From Phoronis australis (Eukaryota; Animalia; Phoronida): a DNA stretch of 64,000 nt. Below, piece by piece: positions 13,801-28,800 of the stretch (its first letter is position 1; every line of letters starts with the position of its first letter). The notes below the pieces were generated by a model. It was not told the DNA's origin, made no database searches, and worked only from the letters and a program-made list of their open reading frames with translations. The stretch is from assembly GCA_002633005.1 (NCBI GenBank), contig NMRA01000005.1, positions 287,678-351,677 of the forward strand, given 5' to 3'. A program made the position numbers and the translations under genes.

Positions 13801-16800
13801 ATTTTTGTGTTATAAACTTAATGTAGGCAGTCTAAAACCTCAAAAAGTGCAAAAATCCATTGTAGGAACGTTTCAAAATTTTCCCCATTTGCATGACATG
13901 TTGTCACTTTTATGATTTATATGGAAAAAGACAAAGGTTGCATAAAACAATAACAAAATGACATTCTGGAAAACTAAGAGTGTTTTTGAAACCTCAATCA
14001 TCTTGAGCATTTGTACCAAGTTAAATCATTACGTACCATTCTCCTGGAGTGTAAAAATCAAGAAAGTTCCACTGTCATGACCTAATCCAGAATCACGCAT
14101 GATTAAACTTTTCCAGCAGGCGCCTTTTGTGTTGGTACACAATACTGTGGTTAAGCTGGTCAGAGCTTACAGTCACATAAAGGAATCAAGAAGTGAAAGT
14201 TAAGAGTAATTGCTCTGAAAGTCAACCGTTTTTCTCCACACATCTGCTTCACGACATTTGTTGAAAGTCGTTTGCAAATAATATTTTTAATATGCGCCCA
14301 CATATTTATATGTGGACGCATTATGCCGTCATCTCCGTCCGTCCGGGCGGCGTCCGTCCGGCATCCGGCGTCCGCTGCTCTATCTCCAAAACCCTTTGAC
14401 ATACGTTCATGAAATTTGACACATATGTTCTGTTCATAAATGGGACGGCATATGCAAAATTTCGGACGGATTCTACTACCGGTGTGCCCCCTAGTGGCAA
14501 TTTTAGTTTTTTTACGCTTACCTTTGTATCTTCAAAAGTTCTGAACGGATTTTCATGAAATTTGGTATGTAGGCACCTATTAGTGAGGTGACGCTATCCT
14601 CCCATTTTCAGATGGATTCGACATAGTTTGTGCCACCTAGTGGCCATTTTTAGTGTTTTCGAGTCTGTTTTTGTACGTCCACCCCTCTTTCAACCAAACC
14701 GCTCAAAGGATGATTGTGAAAATTAGCATGTATATGCTTACTATGTAGAGGACGGTGGACGGTGATTTTCCGACGATTTCGACTACTGTGGCGCCTCCTA
14801 GTGGCAGTTTTGTTTTTATGCGCCTATGGCTGTATCTCCTAAACCGTTTGCAGGATCTTTACGAAATTGTGTAAGTATATTTATATGATGTTAACAACAG
14901 ACGATGACGACTTTTGGACGGATCCACTTACCACTGTGCCCCCTAGTGGCAATTTTATTTTTTTACGTTTACCGCTGTATCTTCACAAGTCCTTAACGGA
15001 TTTTCATGAAATATGGTAAGTAAGCANGAAATTTGGTATGTAGGCACCTATTAGTGCGATGACGGTATTCTCCCGTTTTCGGATGGATTCGACCTAGTTT
15101 GCGACACCCAGTGGCCATTTTTACTGTTTTTGAGTCTGTTTTTTGGCGTCCACCCCTCTGTCAACCAAACAGCTCTAAGTATGATTGTGAAAATTGGCAT
15201 GTATATGCTTACTATGTAGAGGACGGTTGACGCTGAATTTCCCATTTGATTACTGTGGTGCCTCCTAGTGGCAGGTTTTTTTTGCGCCCATGGCTGTATC
15301 TCCCAAACCGTTTGCAGGATCTTTACTAAATTTAGCAAGTGTATTTATGTGGTGTTGACAACGGACGATGACGACTTTAGGATGATTCTGACTACCGGTA
15401 TGCCTCTAGTGGCAATTTTAGTATTTTACATTGACCTCCGTATTTTCATAGGTTTTCGGGTGTATACTTTGTGTTACTTCGTGACTATGAAGGAAAAGTT
15501 CCAAGTAGAAATTTGTTTCTGGCATTCTAATGCTGTGCTAATCTCGCATGTTGGTAAATTTGTTTTTAATTCTATGTTTCTGTGGTGCTTTAAGCAAGTG
15601 ATGTATAGGGTGTGCTTGTATTATGAAGATACTCACATTTTGCCCCTAGCCTATTGAGGAGACAATGACCATGCCTTTCCATTTTGCAAAGTACAACATA
15701 CTACATATATGCCCTCTACTGGCCACTTTATGGTACCAATAAACAACCCTAGAAGGATACCGTATACGGTGCAATTGTGCTATTTTTTGTGAAAAGCTAT
15801 TGAGAAGCTTGTTTAGCTTATGTTTGAATGGCAATTATTTAGGGCATGCATGACTTTTTTTAATAACAGAGAGCACTGGACACAATCGCCCATTGGAAAA
15901 TGGATGTCGACAGGTGCGATGTCTCAAAAAATGCTGATCGTCGGCTCTGTGCCCATTTGGATAATATGAGAGGTCGATTTCGTATTTTACTTCTACTTGT
16001 GTTTTGAGTGTGTACTTGCTTAAGTCGAGCCCTGATGTAACCCCTATGACAGATTGGTTAAAAGTTAAACATCAAAATTTGCATACTTTCTACTGAAAAT
16101 ATGCACACTTACTGAGTTAAAACTATAGTTTTTTACATATTTGGCCGAATATGTAGGCTTATCATTAAGGTACTACATAATTCTAAGTATTGACTTCTAG
16201 AATTTGTTGAAACATCAGTTTGCTTGCTTCTGGTCTCATTAAATGAATGTTAACATTGGTAATTAAGAATCCTTACATGCCAGAAAATGTACGATGACAC
16301 ATGGCTTACCTTGAAATCCAACTGGTTCCTGGTGGTTTGGTAATTGTCCCAATTATGGTGCACACCCTCCAGAATTAATGAGGAGCATGATATGGCAACA
16401 TCATGCAAATGTTCTTATCCGATTTCCAAAATTTCGAAAACTTAATCATGTTTACTTTTCAACTGTTCAAATACTCTATTTAAAGGCGAATGCCACCCGA
16501 TTTAATTAGTGTATTTTGCCATCTTAATCGGTCTATTTCCACATCGCCTCGCATGCGGTCGACCTTACCTTGCCAAGAGGTGTCGCGTTAACCTGTGAGG
16601 AAGGTGAGAAACGACGCTAGCGACGTCAGTGGTTCATATGCAGAGTGAATGCCGCTATGTTGTGGTGTATCGTTCCCGCTTGTCCGAACTAAGCAGCCGC
16701 GAGGAAAGCGAGTATATCGGGTTTTTTTACTTCCTCGAGAGTCCGAAATGCTTAGGAAGTGGCTCATGGTAGTGAAGAATGAAATGTATGCTGTAAATAG

Positions 16801-19800
16801 CAAGTATGAGGCCGTGAAACATCTCCGTGTCTGTGGCCTGTAGACGACGTCGACAGTGCCTCACGAATGCCGGGTTACCAAATAACTCCATACGTTCTGT
16901 TGTCTGAGCTTGTTCACGGCGCCTCTCTAGTATTTTTTCATCACTGTATTCCTGTTCAAATTGATAGCCTGTAAAACTTGACGATCCACCTGCGAAGTCG
17001 GGATTGATCCGCTGTAGCTCGTCTCGTGCTAAGTCGGGATTGTGAGTTGCCATGTTGGCGTTCATTACTAAGCGTCCTGTTTCAAAATGAATTATTCTCA
17101 CCCTAACCAATACTTATATAAAACTGAATCAAAGTCTGTCTCATTAGATGCAATTTGTAATGCCTTTGGTGTGTTCGTGAGTGCACGAAATGATTTGAGA
17201 AGCCAGCAATGAATAAATCACTGCGTTACCGGCTTTAGGTGCAATAAAACTAATTGACGGATCACCGCGAGGCCGTGTGAGCTCATGCAAATTTAGTGTT
17301 TGCTGGCAGAAACTGTTGTGAAACAACTCGATTTCCACCCCTCGACCAGGTGTTAGGGGAATCTTTATTTACATTTACATTACTCAAATAATGATTGTCA
17401 ATGTACAACTTCTGCCCTGACGGTGCTGTGGCCAAAGCGGAACAGAATTCGTGGCCCCCGACGAGTAAGTAGATTTGCAGTTTCGTGGCAAATTCACCAA
17501 CATAATCACGTGCACATTGCTTTGGCTCACTCGTATAGTATTTTCTTGACTGGAAGTTTAGTTTCCACTGAACTTTGGCTGGTTTGTTCGTGATGTCTGA
17601 TCAGTTTCTGAGCCACTGGCCGGGATAACGAGTCAATCCAGCCGGCCGCGACGGGCCTGATCGGCCGGCTCCGAGCCACTGGCCAGGATAACCAGCGTTT
17701 TGTGTTTAGAACTCAGAAAATCACAAGTCTAAACAACACAGATCTAGGTTCTCCTGTCTGTATCTCACGGAATATATACACCGGTGACCTAAAGTCGTGA
17801 ATATAAGCATAATAAGTGCCGATTGTCATACTACCCAATGTCCGTTAGCAACTGCTCATGTGGTGTCATGGACATATGTCAGCCTTCGCAAATATACGTG
17901 TTTTGACAATCTTAATCCTTGTTTGTCTCCGTAAGCAGAGTTTTGAAACGGTCGCTGATATCGGCGGCCATTTTGAATGAGGCCCTAAAGTCGTGACCGT
18001 TTCGGTTAGACGGAAATACACGAAGTAAGACCTCACAAGTCCACTACAGTGCGTACAGTAACTCTAGATGACATAAAAATGCATTGCATTGTTTATTAAT
18101 TCAGTTTCAATTGAAATAAATTGTTATAAGTTTTGCACCCAACTTTGATGTGCACAGACGTTTTCAATGAGGTTGTTCACGTAAAACGCTAAGAACCCAG
18201 CATCAATTATCGCTCTGTATTTTATTGTTTTGGCCTTGCAAAACTTGATCAACCCTGGGACATTTTGATACATTGTTCAAGCTACCCCTGGAGCGCGTGT
18301 TTGAGTAAATCTGAACGATAAATATTTTCGAAAATATATCCCAAAAATGCCCAAAAAAGTGAATTAGTGAAATATGCTGTTTTTAAGATACATTTGAAAA
18401 AAGAAGCCACTCACTCACTGTTTGTTATCATGTTGTGAATACGAACACGTCCGGGTATTCGTTTGACGTTCGTAAGCAGACGAACGCTGGAAACTTCAAC
18501 GCCAGATGTCGCAGGACCGCGCAGAAGAGGAAATAAGATCGTTCACGACTTTAGGGCACTCACGACTTTAGGGCCTCTGACGGTACTTCGAAATTATCTC
18601 CGAACACACCCCAAACTCCTGCTACGGACCTTATTTGCCTGCCGAACTTTGTAGGCTACGGTGTGTCCAAATACCAAAAAATCCGTAAGAGCTAAATAAA
18701 ACAACACGTTTTTGTAAGACCTCGGTGTATTTTTAAGGGTTTTACATCGAAGTTTGATGATTTATTGGTGCTAAACGATGATTCCAAGCTATAAGCTGAC
18801 ACCAGTAACCCGTGTTGTGAACTGCTGAACAGAATGCGTGTGAAACCGATGACGTAATTGGATAATTTCAACACCTCCGTCTGCCGTCAGGTGTCAGGTA
18901 ACGCAACCGCACGTGTCGTTATGGAGTAGAACTACTCGATCTAAATTGATACAAATTAGGTTGTTTTTTGGGTGACATGCTCCTTTAAGAACTTTCAAAA
19001 TGAAAATTTGAAAATTAGCATTGTTGTCCCAGTGTGTTTATGATAGGTTTAATTATCTAGAGAACGATACATCAGCAGCCTGAGGCAATGTAATTGCACT
19101 GCATATTGTCTTTGATCTTTGTGACAGATTCTGCTCTATGTAAACCAGTCGAGATTGGGCAACTCGACCTTTCTGAGGTAATTCCACACAAGGGCACTTG
19201 TTTCCTCATGATGGTCAGATTTTATCTTATAAAAACGACATTCTCAGATCTACAATGCAGTTTTGATACACTGCTCCGAACTTGTTCTTACTGACTTTCT
19301 TCTTATCAGCCAATTGTTTGAGGCATTGCGTGGGAGAAAAGAAAGCTGGTTGTAGAAAGAAGTTGTGAGAACTTAAATGCTGTTATAGTAATAATTATGA
19401 GAAAGATCATTTTGTAAGAGAAGAGTAATGTGTTTGTTCATGGAAAGGAATCATTATTGCGAGAATGCACATTTTGTTTTATGGTTGAGATAGAGAGGCT
19501 GCCATAGACTGGAATCATGCAGTCAGTATGGACTGCAAAAATCTGCATGGCTGAAGATTTTATCTGTTTGTTTGGCAGTGGTTTAGTTTTCGACTACATG
19601 TTTTGTCGTCTCTCACACAGGGTCACCAGGTTGGCCACCAGCAAGGGTTTCACCCAAGTCAGATTCCCCAGCAAGTGCAGCCATGTCCCCGCTTGCAGAA
19701 CAGCTTTCAGGGGGTGCAGTGTGGGGCCCAGGTGCAGCAAACCCGCCCTTCTGGCCAGGTGCGCAGCGTTTCCAATGCCCAACTCATCACAGGTCAGCAA

Positions 19801-22800
19801 CCTGCTGGCTCTGCATCAGGTAAGAAAATTATCTGTGCGGTGATGCCAGATTCTGTTTATTTTGGCATTACCAGGCATTTCAGTAGCATCATATAAACGC
19901 TCGTGTGTTTATTCGGAAAGGGGGAGGCGTATAAACGAAAAGTCTTAGCCTCGGCTGATATGAAACTATGAAAATATCAGCTATTTTTTGCAGAAATTTT
20001 TTTTTTATTTTAGGTTAATACATTGGTTCGCCCACACTTCATTCGTTTTTATGTGCCCACATATTTATATGTGGACGCATTATGCCGTCATCTCCATATG
20101 TCCGTCCATCGAGTGTCTGTCCGGCGTCCGTCCATCCGGCGTCCATTGCTCTATCTTCAAAACCCTTTGACATACGTTCATGAAATTTGGCACGTATGTT
20201 CTTTTCATAGATGGGACGGCATGAGCGAACATAGGGAGGGATATGACTACCGGTGTGCCCCCTAATGACAATTATAGTTTTTTAAATTTATCTCTATATC
20301 TTCAAAGGTCCTCAACATATTTTCATAAAATTTGGCATATAGGCAGCTATTAGTTAGATGACGCTATCGTTTCGTTTTCGGATGGATGTTTTCGAGTCTG
20401 TTTTTTGGCGTCCACCCCTCTATCAGCCAAACTGAATGATTGTGAAAATTTGCATTTATGTTCTTACTACGAAGGTGACGATGATTTTCTGACGACTTCT
20501 ACTACTGTGGCGCCTCCTAGTGGCAGTTTTTTTTGCGCCCATGGCTGTATCTCCTAAACTGTTTGCAGGATCTTTGCTAAATTTAGCAAGTAAAGTGTAT
20601 TTATATTATGTTCGCAATGGATGACACCAACTTTCAGACGGATCTGACTACCACTATGCCCCGTAGTGGCAATTTTAGTTTTTTAGGTTTACCTCTGTAT
20701 CTTCAAAGGTCCTCAACAGATTTTCAGAAAATTTGGAATATAGGCATCTATTGGTGAGATGATGCTATCCTCTTGTTTTCGGATGGAATTGAGGTACTTT
20801 GCGCCACCTAGTGGCCATTTTTCCTGTTTTCAAGTCTGTTTTTTTGGCATCCACCCCTCGATCAATCAAACCATTCTAAGGATGATTTTTAAAATTGGCA
20901 TGTATGTTGTCAGTGTGAACAGGGTGGTTGACTATAACGAATTCGATTACTTTGGCACCTCCTAGTGGGAGTTTTGTTTTGTTTTGGGCCCATAGCTACA
21001 TCTCCTTAACACACTACATGATCTTTATCAATTTTTTTAAATTAATAATTGTATTTTTATCAAGCTAACAACAGATGACTTCTTTCAGGCCGATCCAATG
21101 AAGGCTGTGCCCCATAGTGGCAATTTTATTTTTTCCGTTTTCCTTCATTTCTCTGAAGTTCCTTGAGAGATTTTTATGAAATTTAGTAAATATGTTTCTA
21201 TTAAAGAAGCGATGGCATATTCCCGTTCTCAGATGGATTGGATTTTTTGCGCCATCTAGTGGCTATTTTTATGAAATAAATAAACAACCCCAGAAGCACA
21301 CCATTTGCGGTGCATTCGTGGGTGCATTTCAACACTCTGCGTTGTTCTTGTTATAAATGATAAATGTGCCACAAAACTTGGAATTTTTCGCTAAAAGTTC
21401 GCTCTAAGTGGGCTTTTCAAGAGGACATTTCTCGAATAACGTCTCCACTATCTGGACATAGACACCAGAAGTTGTAACACCAGGGGCATTTCTTCGACAT
21501 AATTTTCCGAATGAACGTCATGGGTGTTTCATTGGAGGGGCTTATTTAGTACGGAAAATCCTGGTACCGGGAAATAGCTTTCTAGTGTGCATTAGTTATA
21601 TTATTTGTTTTCAAGTTGTACCTTTTTATTTACTTCAACAAAGTAACTGAATTTTGTAAACCTACCTTGCAATTTTATTTTTATGTGACCTTTTGACTTC
21701 GTGTATTACACTTAAAGATTATCAATGATTTCAATCTATTCATTTGTTGCATATTCAATATTTTCTCCTTAATTTTACTTGTCACTTAACAACTTCATAT
21801 CGAAACTAGCAGAATTTTGTTAGTGAACTTATGATTCGTAAACAATTCACGTTTCGATGCCATAATCAAAGAAATAGGGCCTTGCTAATATCACATAGCC
21901 AACTGGGTTAGGTCCAACTATGAGCAACTCACAGGTCAAACTATGTTCTAATGTATCATATGTGGGTCAGAATCACTGGTCATCTGATCGCTGGCACGAG
22001 CCTAGTAAAAACCTCAAACATTCTCTTGCTGTTTTGGAGTATTTTGTGACAGTTTTTTAGATTGTTGTTTGGGAATCGGGGGTTTGTGCTTGGCACTTTG
22101 TGAAAAAATGCGGTGAAATTGACAGCTTTCCTGTGAGATATTCATGATATGAAATGAAAGTCATGATGATCTGAAATAATAGAACATTCAGAATGTATTT
22201 TCCAACATGCTATAAACAGTCCCACAAAATAAGATTGGTCCTAACCCCGCTTGTCAAGGTAAACGGTGGGGTTTGGAAAATTGAACTAGACCGTATTTAT
22301 CCACCTTGGCTGAGTCGCGCTCGGCTCACGATCAAAGGGATGCCGCCAAGCTGCTCTATTAACTAAAAGATTTTGACTGTGAAATTATATTGCTGATTTT
22401 GATGATGCTATTTATTTGTTACAGTAAGGTATCGCATAATATTCACTTGCAGTTCATGGTATACCAGCCAACCAGCCGGGTTGTCCAGTTGCCGCCATGC
22501 CAGGGGCACCGGGACCTCGTCCCTCGTATAGATATGTACCCAGTGTACGCAACCAGCCCCAACCACCGATGCAGGGAGTACCAGCTGGTCAGCAAGTAAG
22601 TCTCTTTTCTCAGGGGCCACTGTAATTCCTGTACACGGCAAAAAAGCTGTCAAAATGACTTGAAATTCCCTTTCTTGATGACTGAATGGAACCCAAATTT
22701 GTCGGAGTAGTTTTTCCCTCATGACCGAAAATGAAAAGTAATTACAGAATCTGCCGTCATGACATGCATAAGTGGTATTTTGGGTGATTATTTTCGGTCT

Positions 22801-25800
22801 TGTACTCAAGGTGATGATTAGAATTATAGAGTTAGCAATGCTTTAACTGTGGAATAGAGAGGAGGCTGTGTAGCCTGGTGTGACAGGTGGAGGCTCCTTT
22901 CACTTTAAGTCGTGGGTTTGAGTCCCATTGCAGGGACATACCCAGGTTTCAAAACCCTAGTCACCAGCTGGGCGAGTGAGCCAGAAAATCTACTCGCCCA
23001 GCCCGAAGTTCAGTCGCCTGGCCGTTTGCGTCTGTCTCCACAAACTTGCTGCCAGTATCAATAAAAATCATCGTTTCTTGTGCTGATGTCACCATCTATT
23101 AGGGCTACCGTCGGTATTCACCCTTATAAGCGCCCAGGGTGCTTAGAAAAATTCGTTTCGGAAAGGAGGCGCTTTGTTGTAGCCTAAGGCGGTTGAAATC
23201 CGGTCTCTGAAACGGGTGAAATCGGAAGCTAGGATTCATCAAATTTACGTGCTGTGACGTATCTATAACCTATAACAGACTTTTTACAAAACTGTGGTGC
23301 ATTGCTATCAAACTTTGTTGTTAAATTACGTTTTTTTTTTAAAAAAAGTGTGCTCAAATCCCCACTTGCCGACTGATGCGTCGCTGCCTCGCGATCGTCG
23401 ATAGAGCAACTTGAATTCTTGAGTAAAAATACAGTTTCGACTCAACAAATTTCCTGAAATCCTCCTTAAGTTTTCCAAATGGCGTCCCTAAAATTTTTAG
23501 GTTCCTGTGGAGTCGGGAATAACTGCAGATTAAGTCCAAATCTGTGCTAGCTCGCACCCCGCAACACAAGAAAAATCTGGACGAACACACATGTTGTCAC
23601 ATGACGTTTGTTTTGAAGTTAGTCTACAAGTGTGTGCCGAGTGAGGGAGCGCGTGCGTGTCATCAGAGTTCATTTGCCAGAGTAGCAGTCCCATATATAT
23701 GTAGGCCCTAGCGCGCGCTTCTTGGCCACGTGCTCATTAACACTGGTCAAGTTTTGATTCGCGGTTTTTACGTGTACAAAGTAATCTGGATTCCTGTTGA
23801 GGGAGAAGATCTGTACAGGAAAGATACAATACAATAGAATCCCGTTGACAAGTACGCTGTGTCTGTTCTGAAAGGCCTGACCATAGCGGGACACGTTACT
23901 CGCAAGATCAGTAAAACTTTTGCGTTCTTTTTGAAGCACTGCGGAAGTTTGAAGTGTACAGCCACGGCTAAATACGCATGCCCTGAATAACACGCTTACA
24001 CGAAAGTCACGCATTTCTAAAGATATGCGTGGATTTTCACCGCTCGTCCTTCTGAGCGGCTTTTACCAGGATCCAAAAGAGCGCGGTACCAGAGTCTGAC
24101 TCAGTTGGGTTGATCGCATTGTGTGGTGCAAGCAAGACCCAATTAAGTGTAACTACCCGACCTTAAACTATAGTTAACATTTCTACCTGTACAATACTGG
24201 CGAATTTTCAAAATGCATTAACCAACAGTTTTCGTTATAAACAAATACAGCGGTATTCAGGTGGAAAAACAACCAAGTTTGGTTTTCAATTTTTAAAAAT
24301 CGATGATGTATTAAACTAAAAACTACAAACATTGGGTACGATTGAAGATAAACGACTGTGGGTATTGATATACTCGGTGGATTTACAAATGCTGATCAGA
24401 GTTAACAATATTACGTGGATTATTCTTTTAATATACAACTAAGCTACATTGAAACATCTATAAACAACACACAGTGACTAAATTAGATGTCAATAACTTT
24501 TAAAACATCGCTTATGGCCCAGTGCATGCCGAACTACTTTACTCAAGGAGTAAGTACACTAACCGGAAAACTGATGCGCCAACTTCGATAGCTAGCTTGT
24601 AGTTGTAATGGAACACGTGTAAAGACAAGAAGACGGCTAGCTTTGTTGTCAACAAGAGAGTGCAAGCAGTGGATGAAGTTGTTTAGTGGGCAAGAACTGT
24701 GATTTCATTTCTATGCGCCCACATATTTATATGTGGACGCATTATGCCGTCATCTGCTTCCGTCCGTCCGTCCGGGCAGCATCCGTCTGGCGTCTGCTGC
24801 TCTATCTCCAAAACCGATTGACGTATGTTCTTGAAATTTTGCACATGTGTTCTTTTCATGGATGGGACGGCATGAGCGAACTTCCAGACGGATCCGAACT
24901 GGTGTGTCCCCTAGTGGCAATTTCAGTTTTTTACGTTTAACCTCTGTTTCTTCAAAGGTCCTCAACATATTTTCATAAGATTTGGTAAAAGAAAAGGAGG
25001 GAAGAAAACAGGCAAGGCAAAGTACAGAAGGATAGGGATTTTCCAAAGGGAACAAGTCCCCGTTGTGGAAAAAAGACCACGCGGCAAAGGATTGTCGTTT
25101 TAAAGAGACTGAATGTCGTTTCTGTCACAGGAAGGGTCATACAGAGGCTGTATGTCTAAGCAAAAGAAAGACTAGGGATAAAGTAAGCAGTACTTTAAGC
25201 AAGGCCAGAATAGAAAGTTAGTCACATTTCGGATTGAGATTCAATTCAGATTGTTGTTCACATATGCGGCAAAAAACAGACATTTGACGTAGATACTGGA
25301 TCACCGGCCAATTTCATTTCTGAGAAGGTTTGGTTTAAACATGGGAAACCTGTTTTATTTCCATCACACAGTCAGTATTTCGCGGCAAATGAAAAATCAT
25401 TACCAGTTTTGGGAAAATGCAACATTACAGTCCGATTCGCAACATACAGCAAACATTGAATTAGTTGTAAGCAAACACGATTTGAATATTTTTGGCTGAA
25501 CGGCAGTTCGACAGTTAAAGATTGATGTCACTGCACTCTGTAGGAATTCCATTTTGCGTGATGACAACCAAAATGACAAAGTTGGTGTTGTTTGTCATGA
25601 GGACAAGAAAAGTGATGTAGAGTTTCAGCACGCGTGCAAAATCATCTGCGATGAATTTCCAGACCTATTCAAGCCTGGGATGTTTAAAAGGTTTCGAATT
25701 AGATATAAAATTCAAGCCTGATATGTCCAACCAATACTTTGCAAACCTCGCACAGTACTTTTTGCATCACTGGATGACTTGAATCAGGCATAAGATGCTG

Positions 25801-28800
25801 GTATTAAGCGTGGAATTTGGGAACCTACACAATTCAACGAGTATGGAACACCAGTTGTCCCGATAAGAAAACCACAGCTTCCTGGCCAAAGTAAATGGAG
25901 ATTAAGAGTATGCGGAGATTATTCAGTAACGATAAATCCTCAGCTTGAAACTCATCGACATCCGCTATACCCCTGCCTGAAGATCTTATGTGAAAATTAA
26001 CTCGCTGGCAGATTTTATTTCACAAAAATTGATTTGGGGGATGCGTATAATCGGATTAAATTAACTTCGGAAATTCAGAGACGTCTGGCACTATCCACAC
26101 ATCGTGGAGTTCTTCTACAAAAGAGATTGCCATTTGGGATTAGTTCAGCCCCTGGTTATTTCCAGGATATCATGGACAAATTAACTAGCGATTTAAATGG
26201 CGTGGTTGTAATACTTAATTGGATGATATTTTAGCAAGCGGTCGCAACGTAAACATCTTCAAAATCTACGAAACGTACTCCAGCGTTTGCAAGACAGTGG
26301 AATGAGATGTCGCTTGGAAAAATGCTCATTTGGTCAGCAAACTGTAGAATATACTTAGGTCACATGCATTCACGTGATGGTATTAAGAAAGGTAACAAAG
26401 TGGACGCTATTTTGAAAATGCCAGCCCCATCAGATGTTTCTCATCTACGTTTGTTCCTTGGATCTGTTCAATTTTACGGAAAGTTTATTCCGAACTTATT
26501 TACCTTGATTGCTCCTCTGAGTCATTTGACGCGCAAAGATGTGCCATGGAAATGAGGAGCTGAGGAGAATGCAGTTTTTCAGCGTTTAAAAGAAATAATG
26601 TGTACAGATGCAGTTGTGGCTCATTTCGATCCTAAACAACAGTTGGGAATTTCATGTGATATGTACTTCTAATGTTGGAATTGGAGCCATTCTATTTCAT
26701 CGCTATCCTGATGGTAGCGAACATCCGATTGCCAACGTTTCAAAGACTCTCACGGACACTCAAAGGAGGTACAGTCAAATTCAACGTGAGGCTCTGGCAG
26801 TTGTTTTCGCACTAAAGAAATTTCACCAATTTCTTTTCGGAAGATGTTTCATTTTATAACTGTTCACTAACCTTTAGTTTCTATTTTCGAATCAACTAAA
26901 GGAGTTCCAGCTATGGCTGCTAATCGACTAGCAAGATGGGCGTTACATCTTGGCCATTATGAATACACAATAGAGTATCGGAAAACATCTGATCATTCTA
27001 ATGGAGATGCACTGAGTCGCGTACCCTGCGGTAAGGATCTAAAATTCGACAGGGAGGAAGAACAAGCAGACGTGAATGTGGTCTGTTCTGTTAAGCAAAA
27101 AGTAAGTCTACAATTGAACCTTGTTAACTGTAAATTGCTTAATAAAGAACCTAGAAAGGATTCTGACATTTCTAAAGCAATGAGATATGCCATATAGAAG
27201 GTTGGCCAGTTTCTATGGATTCCGAAGAATTGAAAGATACCTTGACCACGTACAGAAGATGGATGTCGGATAGTTATTCCAAAGAGATTACGAAAACAGG
27301 TGTTGGATCTGCTTCATATTGGCCATTGCCGAATGCAGAGAATGAAGCAACTAGCACGGACAGTGGTTTATTGGCCACATATTAATGAAGATATTGAAGA
27401 AGTGGTACGTCATTGCACTGCTTGTACTGAACATGAACACAGATCACCGAAAGCAGCTACCGTATTCGCCGTAATAACCACCCAGGGCGATTAGAAAAGT
27501 TCGGTTCAGGGGGGCGCTTATTAGAACCCAAGGCGGTTGAAACCCGGTATCCGAAACGGGTGAAATCGGAAGCTAAGATTCATCAAATTTACGCTCTGTG
27601 ACGTATCTGTAATCTATGAACTTTGAAAGACTTTCAACAAAACTGTGATGCATTGTTATCAAACTTTGCTGCTAAATTACGATCATTTTACAGAAAATTG
27701 TGCTGAAATCCCAGGGCGAAATTTCGCTGACTGACTACCTCGAAATCGCCATCTTCGATATGGCAACTTCAATGCTTGAATAAAAATAGTTTCGACTCAA
27801 GCAAATTACCTGAAATCCTCATTAAGTTTTATAAGTAGCGTCCCTAAGATTTTTTTTAAGTTCCTGTGGAGTCTGGATTAACAGCAGGTTTAAGTACAAA
27901 TCTGGGCAACATTGTGCCATCTACATGTATGATCAGCAACACGGCGAGAAAAATGTCTGGGTGAACACACATGTTGTTGTCGCGTGGCGTTTGTTTTGAA
28001 GTTCGTCTGCAAGTAAGCGAGCGCGTGCGTGTCACCAGAGCTCATTTGCCAAAGCAGAGACCGTCTTTTGGCCAGAGCCACGGAATCTAACGAGCTAGAT
28101 GTGCATTGTGTCTAAAGAAATTTGCACAAGCAGTAGGCCTAAACCAGAGCTTGTTTCATTCAGCACTTGCCGGTCTCGTGCTAAAAACGTTCGACATTTG
28201 TCTCGGTAAGGCCCATATTAGTCGCCGTGTAGCTGGATGCGTACGTAACTATCTGACAGTTATTTTTCGGTGTAAGGGTGTGTAAGCATTCACTGTCAGT
28301 TGTCATTTTATCAGATATTCGCCTTAAAAACACCAATTATTGTTAATCAACAATCCATCTCAAAAATAATGCAAACATGTTTTATAGTATTAGAAATTGT
28401 CGGAAGTTAGTGCCAATATTTATTTCTTACCGATGCTATGCTACCCGTTTCAGTAAATGGATAGTTCCCGACTAATGTCTTTGATGACGGGTTCACATTC
28501 ATATGTAGCGCGCGCTTCCTGGCCACGTGCGTTTAACACCGAGTTATTTTTATTCATGCGACAGTCGATGTGACTACTGAAAGGTCAGACCATACACGGT
28601 CGTGGCGAGAGTAGCAACGCTGTTGCGTTCTTTTTGAAGCGTTGCATTACTTTGAAGTGTATAGCCACAGCTTAATACAAACGTAGCTGCTATGTGCCGC
28701 TGGTGGTCTAGAAGAGCCGTGCAAAATTTTTTTGATAAATTGAAAACGTTACTGTAGCCGAGTTTTAGGACTGTATAGGTACGTCATTGTTCGCATGTAC

